DNA from: Moniliella sp. 'wahieum'
Lineage: Eukaryota
Reading direction: 5' to 3'
Length of the DNA stretch: 64,000 nt
NCBI GenBank assembly: GCA_003971905.1
Contig: RSEE01000100.1
Coordinates: 1-64,000, forward strand
Part shown: piece after piece, positions 24,681 through 36,431 of the stretch
How the letters are laid out: each line of letters opens with the position of its first letter
Numbering within the stretch: the stretch's first letter is position 1
Position numbers and translations under genes: made by a program
The notes under the pieces: model-generated
Database searches by the model: none
What the model was told of the DNA's origin: nothing
Seen by the model: only the letters and a program-made list of their open reading frames with translations

Positions 24681-26758
24681 CCAAGCCCACCCTCTCGTCC
24701 TGCCCACCGTCCTGCCCATTGTCCTGCCCATCTTTCTCCCTGTTCTCCACGTTCTCCTCGCTCTCCTCGCTCTCCTCGTTCTCCACGTTTTGCTCACCCT
24801 TTCCCCCGTCTTCCTTCTCTCTGTCCAACCGCGTACAAACCCACTCGCTCCGTTCCCCTCGCCTCTCGCGTTTGACCCCGACGTATTTCAACGCCAGGAC
24901 GGTACCGTGGCCGTTCCCGAGACGCGTCGACCCTGTTGGGTCCGACCTTTCGACTTTCGACCGTACGACCTTCGACCGGTCGCTCGTTGCTCTCCGCCTT
25001 GGCTTGGCTTAGCGTCACGTACTCCATCTTTAATTCCACCCGATCGCATCGCATCATGGCTGCCTCCCCGCAACTTCCCCCCCGCAGCGCCTTAAATCTG
25101 TTTTCGGTCGCCCCCCCCGCGTCCCCCTCTCTACCCGCCTACTCTGAAGCCAGTCCCTCGCCCTCGCCCGTTATCTAGTTGTTTTTGCTTGAATCGGTAC
25201 CCTCATCTCTACCTCTATTCGCAGTCGCAGTCGCAGCTGGCGGTGCTGGCGTGCCCCTCCCCCCTCTGGGGCACGCGCTCAAGTGGTGTATAGAGACAGC
25301 GCTTTACTAGGTCGACGGGGTGCCTGGGATCGCAGCGTGGCAGTTTTTGTGTGCTGGCTGCGGCGCGTAGGGTTGGGGCGTCGTCGATCGTCCACCTCAG
25401 GCAGAGCCACAGGCAGGCTCTAAAGGGTTAAACCTTTACATTATCGTACGCCGAGGACCGCATCCTGTTCAGGCTGAGCTACACGCGTCGGGGGACTAGG
25501 ACTAGGACGCGGGCGCCCAGCGTCTTCGCGGCACGAAGATGGAGTCATAGTACATTAGCATCTCTAGTGATTTATATGTGTGCTTGGTGCACCGGTCGCA
25601 AGCCAGTAGCACGCAGTTGGCGTTTAATTTTGCGTCGGTGCAGTGGGACGTGCAGAACCCAAACCCACCGAGGTAGACCATAGCCTGACCCAGGGCCATA
25701 GGCTCGTGGGCGGTGCGGTCCAGCGCTCACTACTCTACTGCCGTTGCTCCAGACGTCCGTGGTGAGCGGATGAACGGTGTCTGGCTCGGACTAGTGGGTC
25801 CCATGGCAACTTCCAATGCCGGACCGAATCGGTCGTTACGGAACGCATCTCTAGTCTTCAGGACTAATATGGAAGAGACTGAACGCCGTCCGTTACCCCG
25901 ACCTCTCGATGCGCCTACTCTACCCAACCTGCCGTAGGCACGGTGGTCTCCTCGTCGATTAATGATTGCGACTGAAAACTGTGGCCTGCTCGGTTCGCAC
26001 CCTGGTACCCGAGTGGGAGTTGCTCATTAATTGCTAAATTGTTAATTGCCCGCCAACGTCCAACGTCTAATCCACAATGCTGCTGTGGGAGGCCGTGCCG
26101 GGCCGCATTCCCAGGCTGTGGACCTAGGCAGCCAGGCCAGTGTACAGTGTACGCTCGCCTGCCCTGGCTACGCGTGCGGGGAATCAGGCGAATCCTCACG
26201 CGCCTCACAGCTGAGCTTCAGGTGACCGGTGAGGCGTAAGAAATTCAGGCGGTGACGTGTATCACATACATCACATGTCATGTGACGCAGATGGGTGCCC
26301 TCCGCCTGCCACAGCGCCTGTGCCAATGGGCAAGCACTGCCGCTGTGCCTGTCTGGATTGTCGTGGAAATGGGCGATCCCACGCAGGGCTGCTGCCACGT
26401 GGGGAGTGCAAGGTTGCAGACGCCCAGGGTCCATGTCTGCCCCACTGCCCCCCTGCTCCCGTTCCGCATCCGCATCAGATGGGCGCTGTGCCTCCCCGCC
26501 GGGTGACCGCCGCTCAGCACCAGCTGGCACTCCTGCCTTCCCCCCGGAACTGTATCTGACCCACACACACCGAACATCCTCCTGCCCCACCTAGGTGCTT
26601 GGCCGTCGTCCCAGCATGCCCTTTACAAGTCCAAGTTGGCTAGCAACTGCGGTGCCTATAACCCACTCCTCGCCACTCTTTTTTCTTTATCTTTCTCTTC
26701 TCTGCACCGCCACCTCCCCCCACCCCTCGTCGCGCCCATTATCGAATCGAGCTTCGCC

Positions 26759-27652
26759 ATGCACACCAACGCCGCTATTCTTCTCTCCCTCGTCGCTGCC
26801 GTTGTCATGGCCAACGCTGCCGCCGGCCCCGAGGCGACCGCTGCACCTCGCTTCGTCATCAAGCGCGGTACGTGTTCTGCGCACTCCCCCCCCTCCTAGC
26901 CCATTGCTCAACGTGCTGAGATGCTGAATTGTGCCCTATCCGGACAATCCACCATCCTTAATCCTTAATCCGTTCCTTGTTGAACTGGTAGAACCGAATA
27001 TCCTCTCGGCCATCGGCAATGACATTACCTCGGTTGCGGCGGTATCGTCGCGGGCGCGGAAAGCGTGTTTAGCCATTTGACCTCCAAGGGCGCTGGCGTT
27101 GCTTCGACGGTCACCTCCGTGGCCGTGGGCGAATTCAGCTCGCTCACATCGGATGCAGCGGGCGTGTTTACGACGGTCAAGTCGGATGCTTTGGGCATGT
27201 ACACGACGGTCAAGTCGGATGCAGAGGGCGTGTTTACGACGGTCAAGTCGGATGCAGAGGGCGTGTTCAGCACCCTCACCTCCCAGGGCGCCGGGATCTT
27301 GTCGACGCTATCGGCGGACGCGGCCCAGGAATTGGCCACGATAGAGTCCAGGCTGGCCAAGGATAAGGCCAAGGCTTCGTCCCTGTATGCCCAGGCCTCG
27401 GCCTCGGCCGACCCGTCCATGTCGATGTTGGCCGACAAATATGCTTCGCGTGTTTCGGTGCTGGAAGCGTCGGCTTCGTCGGTTTCGTTGGCTACGGTTC
27501 GGCGGCCGTCGGGTGCGTCGGCTTCGGCGGCCGCGGCGACTGCCGCCAAGGCCGGCTCGACTGCTGCTACGGACGGAGCGACGGGCCAGAAGGCGGTGCG
27601 GGCGGGTGCTGTCATGTTGGTCGCCGGGGCTGCTGCCGGATTGCTGCTTTAA
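26759..27652 (+). CDS. Secreted, probably GPI-anchored Ala/Ser/Thr-rich protein with 11-aa repeats
   Basis: Signal peptide MHTNAAILLSLVAAVVMANAAA, Kex2-like KR, intron 26868-26991, repeats of SDAEGVFTTVK, and a hydrophobic C-terminus AVMLVAGAAAGLLL*. One frameshift near 27040. Confidence 0.8.
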
Positions 27653-27969
27653 CCTGCCCGTTGTCTGCCTTGCCATGTGGCATGTGGATCTGGATGGTGG
27701 CATGGCTATTGCTGTACGATGCAATGCTGTCCAGCCGAACGGATTCGCCTGCTACGTTTTTGGTGTTTTATATATTCTTCGATTCGATTCGATTCGATCT
27801 CTTCTTGCCCAAACCGTGCTCGAGGGTAGTGCTAGGGTTCACCTGCACTCTCTCCAATGGATCGGTGACGCTCGCTGGTTCGGGTGATTCGCCCCTTTTG
27901 CGCGGGCTGCCACCCCTTTTTGTCTGTTCCGACTTGCTTGCTTTTTTTGGCTCTTGTCTTTTCCCTTCA

Positions 27970-28118
27970 GCTTGCTTGAAGGAGCTGTGGCTGACTAGCC
28001 CTGCCTTCTTGCACGCCTTGAAGGTGCGCCTCTGCTTTCCTTGTTGTGTTGTCCTCCGCAATGGAGCTTGCTTGAAGGACTTGTGGCTGCCTGCCCTGCC
28101 TTCTTGCATGCCTTGAAG
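27970..28118. repeat. ~54-bp direct repeat, two copies about 96 bp apart
   Basis: gcttgcttgaaggagctgtggctgactagccctgccttcttgcacgccttgaag at 27970 vs gcttgcttgaaggacttgtggctgcctgccctgccttcttgcatgccttgaag at 28066. Confidence 0.85.
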
Positions 28119-28843
28119 CTCATCTTTCGTGTTGCCCATAGCCTAGCGTTCCCTAGCCACACTCTAGCAAAGCGAGGGTTTAACGTTCACCACTGTCATG
28201 GGTCGGTTGTCTGCCGCTTCGGTATGGTTCTGCTGTGGAAATATGGGTCTGGGTCGGGGCTGGTCGCCTGGCGTGTGGCCGCTGGCAAGGTGTGACTTGT
28301 GACATGGACATGTGATTGGAGACCAGGAGGTCCCAAGCGGTCGTGTCGGCCTGTGAGATCGGAGATCTGGCGTGGTGACATGTGACACACGTGCCAAGCA
28401 TTGCCTCCATTGGCCCTGCGATGCGGGAGGAGGATCGGTGAGATGTGAATCGACCGCACGCTGCGCATGTTGAACCATAGGGGCAGTGTAGTAAACCAGG
28501 GAGAGTGATAGTGAGGTGTGTGAGGATGTGCCATGTGACGGGGAAGGGCAGCTGTCGGGTGGGTGGCGCGGGGGTGTGTGTGGCGCTGGGACGGAGTGCG
28601 CTTTCCCAGCGGCCAAGCCCAGCGGCCTCCTGCGTGTCACATGTGATGGCGCGCCGCACTGGCCAGCGGCTGGGTGGTGGTGGTGGGCAGGGTGCGGCAG
28701 GGTGCAAGTGCGAGTGCTAGTGCAAGTGCTACTGCCGAGAACCGGAGGCCCGACGATGCGTCCGCAGCACTCCCACCTCACCTCCTCCCCCTCCCACCTC
28801 CCACCTCCCACCTCCCACCTCCCACCGCTGCCCCCTCGGCTGC

Positions 28844-29102
28844 GTGTGCTGCTGCCACCAGCATGTGGTCGCCTCTGTCCCCCCCACCCCCACCGCCACC
28901 GCCACCACACCCATCCCGCCTGGCCAGCACCCGCTCGCCCCCGCCCCCGCCTCCTCTTCCTCGCCCCCGCCCTCCTCGTCCCCACCGGCCTCGCCTCCCC
29001 GCCGCCATCCCACCCACCTCCGCGCCGCCCTCGGCCACGTTGCCCATGCCGCCTCCCATGCCCTCGCCCCTCCGGACGCCGACCTGCGCCTGAGCGACAG
29101 CG

Positions 29103-29149
<47 letters not shown>

Positions 29150-31546
29150 GACACCGGCACGCCCCGACACGACATTGGTCTCGCCTCCTCTCCCTCCCAT
29201 GCCTCTCGGCGGCCTACCTCTCGTCGTGCCCAGCGCTCCCGCCGTACCCAGCCCACACGCCTCTTTCCTGATGGGCCCTCCGATCCAGCTCAGCATGAGT
29301 CGCTCGAGCCCAACCTGTCAGCAGGCTACATCTTGTCGGCCCAGGAAAGCTCCGAGTTTCTCGGTCCAACCCATCACCGCCACCACAGTCGCAATGACGA
29401 GGGCGTCGCGACTGTGACGCCAACGTACGAGGAGATGACCGCAAGCACCAGCACCGATGCTTTGACTTATTCCAAGAGCACCAAAAAGTCGCGCGCTCAT
29501 GTCGACGCCGACGCCGACGCCGACGCTGACGCCAACGTTGTCAATGTCCTCCCTTTCCAGTCGGTCGATGAGGATTGCGAGAGGGAAGGTGGCGGCCACC
29601 CGATTGAACAGCACGAAGACGAAACCAAGCAAGAAGCCTACTTTGACCGTGCCCATTCCTCCTCGGGCAAATACGTGGCGGAGATGGGGCCGGATGTGCC
29701 GATCAAGCTGGCGCATTTATTCAAGCCCCCCATGATCCGACAATGGGTGCATGGGTCTCACTACTTTGGGGAAACCAGCGAGCGGGCGCCGGCCCGGACC
29801 GAATTGTTTTTCGACTTGGTAGCCGTCGCTATGGTCCACAAGGTATCGGACTCTCTCATGGAGGCACCTACGCGCGCCATCCAGGTTGCCATCTTCTCCA
29901 TTACGTTTTTCCTCGCCTGGACCTTGTGGCTGGACCAACGTATGATCATCAACCAAAGTGGCAGCGACGATATTTTCCAGCGGGTGTACCTTGTTGCTAT
30001 GATGATTCTCTCCAACGCCTTTATCTCCAATGCCAGCGGGGTAAAGGTGGCTACCTTCTCCAAAGAGGGCGAGAGCGAGGGTGGAGAGGGAGAAGGCTCG
30101 GCTGCGACCGAGGAAGCTGTGCGTCTTCTTACCCGATTTGTAGGACATGCTTTCATCTCTAGGGCGGAGGGTGCCAAGGGAGCAGTGGAAGAGCCTGTCC
30201 CGGATCCCGAAGCACACATGTTTGGTCCCTACTACTTTGCTGAACACTGGCATTCTTTCCTTCAAGGTGCTATGAGTTTTTGGCTCACCGCACGTCTTCT
30301 CAAGCTGTGCATCCTGGGTGGGTACGCTTTACGGCTGCCCAACTTTCGCGCCGCCCTGCTTCTTCAATTTTGCGTCACGGTCGTTTGCACAGTCTGTTTT
30401 CTTCCGCTTGCCTTCAGCCAGGACCCAACCACCGTCATGGTTCTTGCAGTCGTTGGCGTTTTGCTTGATTTTTTCCTCCGCTTCGGTCTGGCTGCAGCGC
30501 AAAAAGGCTTGCATAAGATTGCCAAACGGGGCCGCGGCCACTTCTACTTCCCAGCTCAATCCGTCGAGCACATGGCAGAGCGCCTCATGCTGTTCACCAT
30601 CCTGGTCATTGGCGAAACCATCATGAACTCAGCCTATACGGGGATCTACCCCGACCATGGCCACGCTGGATGGGATGTGCTGTTTGGTCGGTCGTCACTG
30701 ACGATTATCAACTCCTTCCTTCTGGCCTGGATCTACTTTGACGCGGATGGCTCACGTACGTTTGTGCATGCTCTCCGACGACACTACCACCATGCGCTGC
30801 AATTCACCAACATTCACGCGCCCCTGTGCGGGGGCGTGATTGTGCTGTCCTCGGTGATCCCCAAGCTGATTGCCAACGACACGGTAGACCAAGGCACATT
30901 GTGGTACTATTCTGGCGGCTTAGCCGTTGCGTTATTGAGCATCGCTGTGATTGCGTGTCTGCACGAAAGCCTGGACCTGCACGGATCCGCGTGGTTCTCT
31001 ACCAACTCACGTATCTTGGCGCGCGTGCTAGCCGCCACCCTGTTCCTCTGTTTGCCCATCAAGGCCAACTGGCGCACGGTGCACTACCTTGGTGTGCATT
31101 CTGCCATCTTGCTCGTGCTCGTCATGTTCGAGACGGCAGGTAAGATCGGGGCCGTGGGACGGGTGTACGACGAGTCACGCGCAAAGGCGTTGCACGAGTA
31201 CCAAGAAGCCATGGACGCTACCCGACGAGGTCACTTGGGGAATACAGCTACCCTAGCCAGCTTGAGCATGAGCAACTTTGCCGCGCTCGAAGTCAAGCCC
31301 AAGTTACCCTCGCGCCCGCCCGAGGGCCTATGGGGCAAACTTAAATTTTACGCTACCCAGCTCCGCGCTAAGTTCGATAAAGAGTACTTGTCCCCCGGCC
31401 CGTCGGCCAAGAGCCGCTGGCACAATTACGAAGACTTGTCCTACAACGAACGGGGCGAGGAAGATGTCGGTAACGAGGTCGAGTTGGGCCAGGTCGAACC
31501 CCATAAGTTGCGTCCGTCGAGAAGGTGGGCCTTGACCGCGTTTTAG
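28844..31546 (+). CDS. LtrA (low temperature requirement A) family multi-pass membrane protein
   Basis: Uninterrupted 900-codon ORF with ELFFDLVAVA, HMAERLMLFTILVIGE, WIYFD and HAPLCGG motifs and about 10 TM segments. True start uncertain; (AGCAAC)n tract at about 29095-29148. Confidence 0.85.
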
Positions 31547-31679
31547 TACCCCCCCCCCCCCAACAGCCCAAAGGCACAGTGCAATGGGGAAAGGGTGCGC
31601 GTTGCGTTCCTCCCGCCTCCCATTTTTCCCCTCGTCCTGTTTCCTCCCCAGTTCCTGTTGTTGTGCTTGTGCCCCCGGC

Positions 31680-32300
31680 CTGCACCTGCACCTGAACCTG
31701 CATCTCAACCTGCACCTGAACCTGCATCTCAACCTGCATCTCAACCTGCACCTGCACCTGAACCTGCATCCTCATTCCATGTCTTTTCAAGTCTTGCTGC
31801 ACTGCACATTCGCCCCCCCCCCCCCTTCATTTTTTCTCTTGCACATCGCAGTTTGCCCTTCTACTAGCTACCACTTTTCCAATCCGAATCCGAATCCGAA
31901 TCCGAATTCATCTTGCCCGCCTCGTCATACCTCTTCATGGTATCTTTCTTCGTGGTATCTTCGTGGTATCTTCATGGCCTCTTCATGGTATCTTCGTGGC
32001 CTTGTCATGGCCTCTTCGTGGTATCTTCATGGTATCGTCCACACAACTCTTGTGCCAACACCACGGTCGTTCGCTCGTAGCCGTCGTTCAGTCTGGTGTC
32101 CCTCCGCACCACCTGGGGGCTTTTCCATCGTCCTGGGGCGGTTCGTGTTCGCACTATGATGGTAGATCAACGACCAAATATGCGTCGACATCATTCCCCT
32201 CCGCACAGACAGGCCTCATCGTTCGCCTCCATATCCATATCCATACCATATCCATATCCATATCCATATCCATATCCATATCCATATCCATATCCATTGT
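31680..32300. repeat. Cluster of simple repeats: (CTGCAC/CTGAAC/CTCAAC)n, (TCCGAA)n, 11-bp TCTTCRTGGYM units, (CCATAT)n
   Basis: Seen at about 31680-31770, 31883-31905, 31930-32035 and 32228-32297. Confidence 0.9.
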
Positions 32301-33800
32301 TATGGGGTGCTCCGGTCATCTCCGAACACCGAGCCCCGCATTTCGTAGAACTTTCATCGAAGCACACGCCAGCCCCGCGACACTATCTGCGGCGCCCGGT
32401 CTTGACAGAACCCCACATTGACTGCGGCCCACCGGATCGCAGTCCTGGTACAACCCCACATCTAGTATACTGCGCCAAACAGTAGATCGCAGTATGGGCA
32501 GAACAGGCCGCCCTTTATCCCTTACTACTGTAGATTCCCTTCCTTCTGTTGATGCCTGTTCTGATGTTTTACGGTATAAGCAGCCCGGTCCGAGGCTTGC
32601 TGGCGCTGATCCTCACCGCCCAACCCACATCTTCCCCCCGACTTTCCTCTCCACTCTTCACCCTTACGCTTATGAATTTACGGCTCACATCCACCACTCT
32701 GCAAGCGGCGGTTACTAGTTACTATCAGTAGCGCGTGCTATTCTTTAGGACCCTGTCTGTTCCGGCCTACTACAGCGTACCGAGTGTGGTAACGCCGCGA
32801 GGAACAGAGTAACTTCGGAGATCCTGGACCCCTTCAATTGGCCTTACGACCTACGTACGCGGCTCCTACCTCGGAGGGTCTGAGCTGCGTCCTTTGCACG
32901 CAGGTAGCCACCCAAACTAGAGGGTCTCTCCCTTGCCTCTACACCCGCTCTGATCGGTCCAACCAGGATCTGAAGCAGGACATAACGGATGTAACTCTAA
33001 TGCCATGTCCAAGGGCTTTCACCCCTAAATTCCGCGGGCTCCGTCTCGGGGCTCGCCCCATGACATCCATATTCATATCCATATCCATACCTCTTGGTAC
33101 TCGTTTGTTCCTAAGTTGGGCCGTTGCTATGGTTCCGACACCTTGATGCACGGTGCATGGTGCAGGCGTGCATGAGGGTGCATGCGTGCCTTGGCGGTGG
33201 TACATGGTACATGTAATATCCTTACCACTGACTGACTGCCATGCAATACTATGCAGCGCGGTTGGATTGGGCGTTTGGGGTTGTGCCCTCGCTGTCTTCC
33301 TGGGGGGGTTGCGATTTGCACCTATCCGAGCAATTGAGTTATTGCTGTTTCCCGGCCATGGTATATGGCAGTCGATGGCAGCCATAGCTGGAGGTGCCAT
33401 TGAAGGGTTTGCGGTCGAGACGCAGTGAAGCTTGAAGATCGGCTGAGACGGGGCAGGCGGCCCAGCCTGACCCATCCGACACTGGTGTGGTGGGGCCGGG
33501 TGGGAGTCCAGCACGTGGAGCTGAGCCGGCAGAATTTTTGGATCGGGCCACAAGCGCTAGTAACTGAGCGGTCTCGACCTTAAATGATTCATGGTTAGTT
33601 AATTGGTTCTTGATCGATGGGCGACTGCCGACGTCGACGATTTGGCTTGGCAGGCGGGCGGAGGGCCAGTGTGCGGAACTCGCCGTCGAGGTTTCGCAGA
33701 TAACCACCAAGTCGGCTCCTCGGCGCCCATCACGCCCCACCACCACCACCACCACCACCACCGCCGCAGCCAGCAGCCCGCAGCCCGCACCCAGCACCCA

Positions 33801-36193
33801 ATGGGCGGCGGCGACGGCGACGGCCCCCCTGCGCGGCCGCTTGCCCCCGCCTCGCATCCCACATACTCCCTCCGCTTTGCGCCGCAGCTCTACGACGCCC
33901 CGCCGCCGCACCACGTCACGCTGCCCGCCGCGCCATGGCTGCCGGCGCCCGCGCTGGGGCTGGCCAGCTGGATGGCCCGCCCTCCCCCGGCAGCTCCCCC
34001 GTCGTGCGCCGTGCCGCCCAGCCCAACACCACCCGCTACACGGCCGCCGTGCATGCGGTCCGCATTGGCTTCCGCAACCCTTGGCGCAGCTGGCACCACC
34101 CCAGCCCCCTCCAGGTCTGGTCTGGCCTCCAGTGGGGCGGCGGCACCTCGCCTGCTGCACATCCGCTGCCCCCACCCCTCCCGCAAGCACGCTGGACGGC
34201 GAAGCAGACCTGGCCGGCACATGGATCGAGTCGCCCATCTCTAGTGCTCGCCCGAGCTGGGACCAGGACGAAAAGCCGTCACCTTTGTCGCTCACCCCGC
34301 CGCTGCAGGAGCCGGCGATGCAGCCCGTCGCCACCCAGCCCATCCTCTTGGCCTACCTTTCTTGCACCCGACGAGACGCGGACGACGTGGATCGGCCATG
34401 CGAGCGTGCTCCTCGAGTTGCCCGTCCCGTCGCCCCAAGGCGGGCAGGGCGGGGTGCTGCGACTGCTCTTTGACCCCATCTTCTCTGAGCGCTGTTCGCC
34501 CACGCAGCGCTTTGGTCCGCGTCGGTCCCTCGAGGTGCCGATCGCCGTGGAGGACTTGCCTCCAATTGACCTGGTGCTCATTTCCCATTCCCACTACGAC
34601 CATTTGGACTTTGACTCGATCGCTGCTCTCCTTGCTGCCAACGGGACCAGCGTCAAGTTTTTTGTCCCCTTAGGAAACAAGGCGTGGTTCCTGTCCTCGC
34701 TGGTGGACCACGGATTGGAGGAGGAGACGGTGTTCGAGTGCGATTGGTGGGATGAGGCGGTGCTCTCTTTCCCTTTTGCCGAAAAGAATGTGGGGATGAG
34801 GGAGCAGAACGTGGCCGAGGGGGCCGTGGAGGCCGAGGAGGCACAGGTAACCGTCAAGGTCACTTGTACCCCTGCCCAGCACGGTTCTGGCCGAGCAGGG
34901 TTCGATGCAGATTCTACCTTGTGGAGCAGTTGGTACATCACCTATTCTCGTCCCCCGACCTCGGCCGATGACCAAGGAAAGAGTTTCCGGGCCTTTTTCG
35001 CCGGCGATACTGGCTTCCAGTTCCACGACCCGGCCACAGCCAAGAAGGAGGACGAGACCGAAAGTGATTCGCCCCCGGTCGGATCCACCCTACGTCAACC
35101 TCCTCGTAGCCAAACAGCGGCGCCTAGTTTGGGTGGCAAGAACCTTTCTCATCTTGTCGAGACGAAGGTGAAACGAGTTCTTACGTCGCGCACGTCGTTC
35201 AGTACACCGAAGAAGAAAGACCATCTAACCCCTCAGGGAGGAGTATTCACAATCGCTTTCGCTGCCGAAACCTTCGTTTGCTCGGCTGCGCCAGGATCGA
35301 CAGCGCACCACTTCTTTGCACACGGAAAGTTTGGCCTCGTCAGATATCGGGGAGCCTCCCGTGCTCGCCAGTCCTCATGCTTCCCATCTCTCAGCCACAC
35401 ACACGCCTATGCCTACGCCTACGCATGCCCCCCCTCGCCTCAGTTTCTCCACTACCGGTCTTTCCGAGCCCTCGTCTTCCCCGGGGGCATCGACGGTTCC
35501 CTCTCGGAGCCTGTGCCTCTTACCCCGCTGCATCCTACGGGCGAGAGGGCTGTGACCGTGACCGGCTCCCGTATCCGACGCGGTGGTACCTTGCGCAACA
35601 GGAGACGACGAGCGCAAGACAAGTACCCCCACTGCCCGGCATTTGAGGAGATTGCAACCCGTCTCGGTCCTCCCGATCTCAATATGCTCCCGATCAGCGT
35701 GGGTGCCACATTGAGCTTCCTCAAAGGCTTGGACCCCTTCCCGCAGGCTTGGTCCCCGTTCCCCTGTGGCGTGCACGAGGGCGTCACGGCAGCCAACCAC
35801 ATGACCCCGCAGGACGCTGTGCGGTGTTTCCGTCTGATGGACCTCACCCGTCCGGTTGCGCCGACGCCGGAGCCTGCCACGGACCAGAACCAGAACCAGA
35901 ACCAGGACCCACCAGTGCATCCGCCCGTCGCCTTGGCCATTCACTGGGCTACGTTTGTCGGCGACCCCGATGAGGCGCGCCGGTCTCTCCACCGCCTTGG
36001 CCAGGCCTGCCGCGACTGGCACGTCCACTTTGCTCGGTCCTTGCCACTCCCGCGCCCCAACAGCCACAGCCGCAGCCACAGCCCGGCCGACACCGATCCC
36101 ACCTTCCTAGCTATCAATCCCGGTGAAAACATTGTCTTGCCGCTCCGCCCTGCCGCCTCATCGACATCCATCATCTCCTCGAGGCAAGGGTGA
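33801..36193 (+). CDS. NAPE-PLD / Fmp30-like metallo-beta-lactamase-fold phospholipase D
   Basis: GFRNPW, TWIGHASVLLE, LFDPIFSERCSP, ISHSHYDHLD, TPAQHGSGR, FFAGDTGF, LPISVG, HMTPQDAV and AIHWATF in the expected order. N-terminus frameshifted. Confidence 0.9.
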
Positions 36194-36431
36194 CCGGTGA
36201 TACCCGCACCCATCTCATCCATCTCCTTTCCAGCTTCACATGCTTCACGGTACAGGTAAAGTAAGCGTACGCGTGGCTCAGTTGCTCTCTGCCTCTCTCC
36301 ATAAATCGTTCCGTTCCGGTCTGTTCGTAATGACATTGGTGCATTTTATTTTCTCTCCAGCCGCGCTCTTCCGCTGCGAGCTGACGCATTGGTAGGACAA
36401 CAGCCAGCCGGGCTAACCGCTAGCTTTGGCT

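Noticed and set aside
28844..31546. LtrA as a recent bacterial horizontal transfer
   Set aside because: LtrA-family proteins are known in fungi, and this copy has long eukaryote-style N- and C-terminal extensions.
32460..33030. Possible solo LTR (TGTAG...CTACA with a TATAAG box); similar hints at 7679-7905 and about 19996
   Set aside because: No matching target-site duplications and no second copy in the window.
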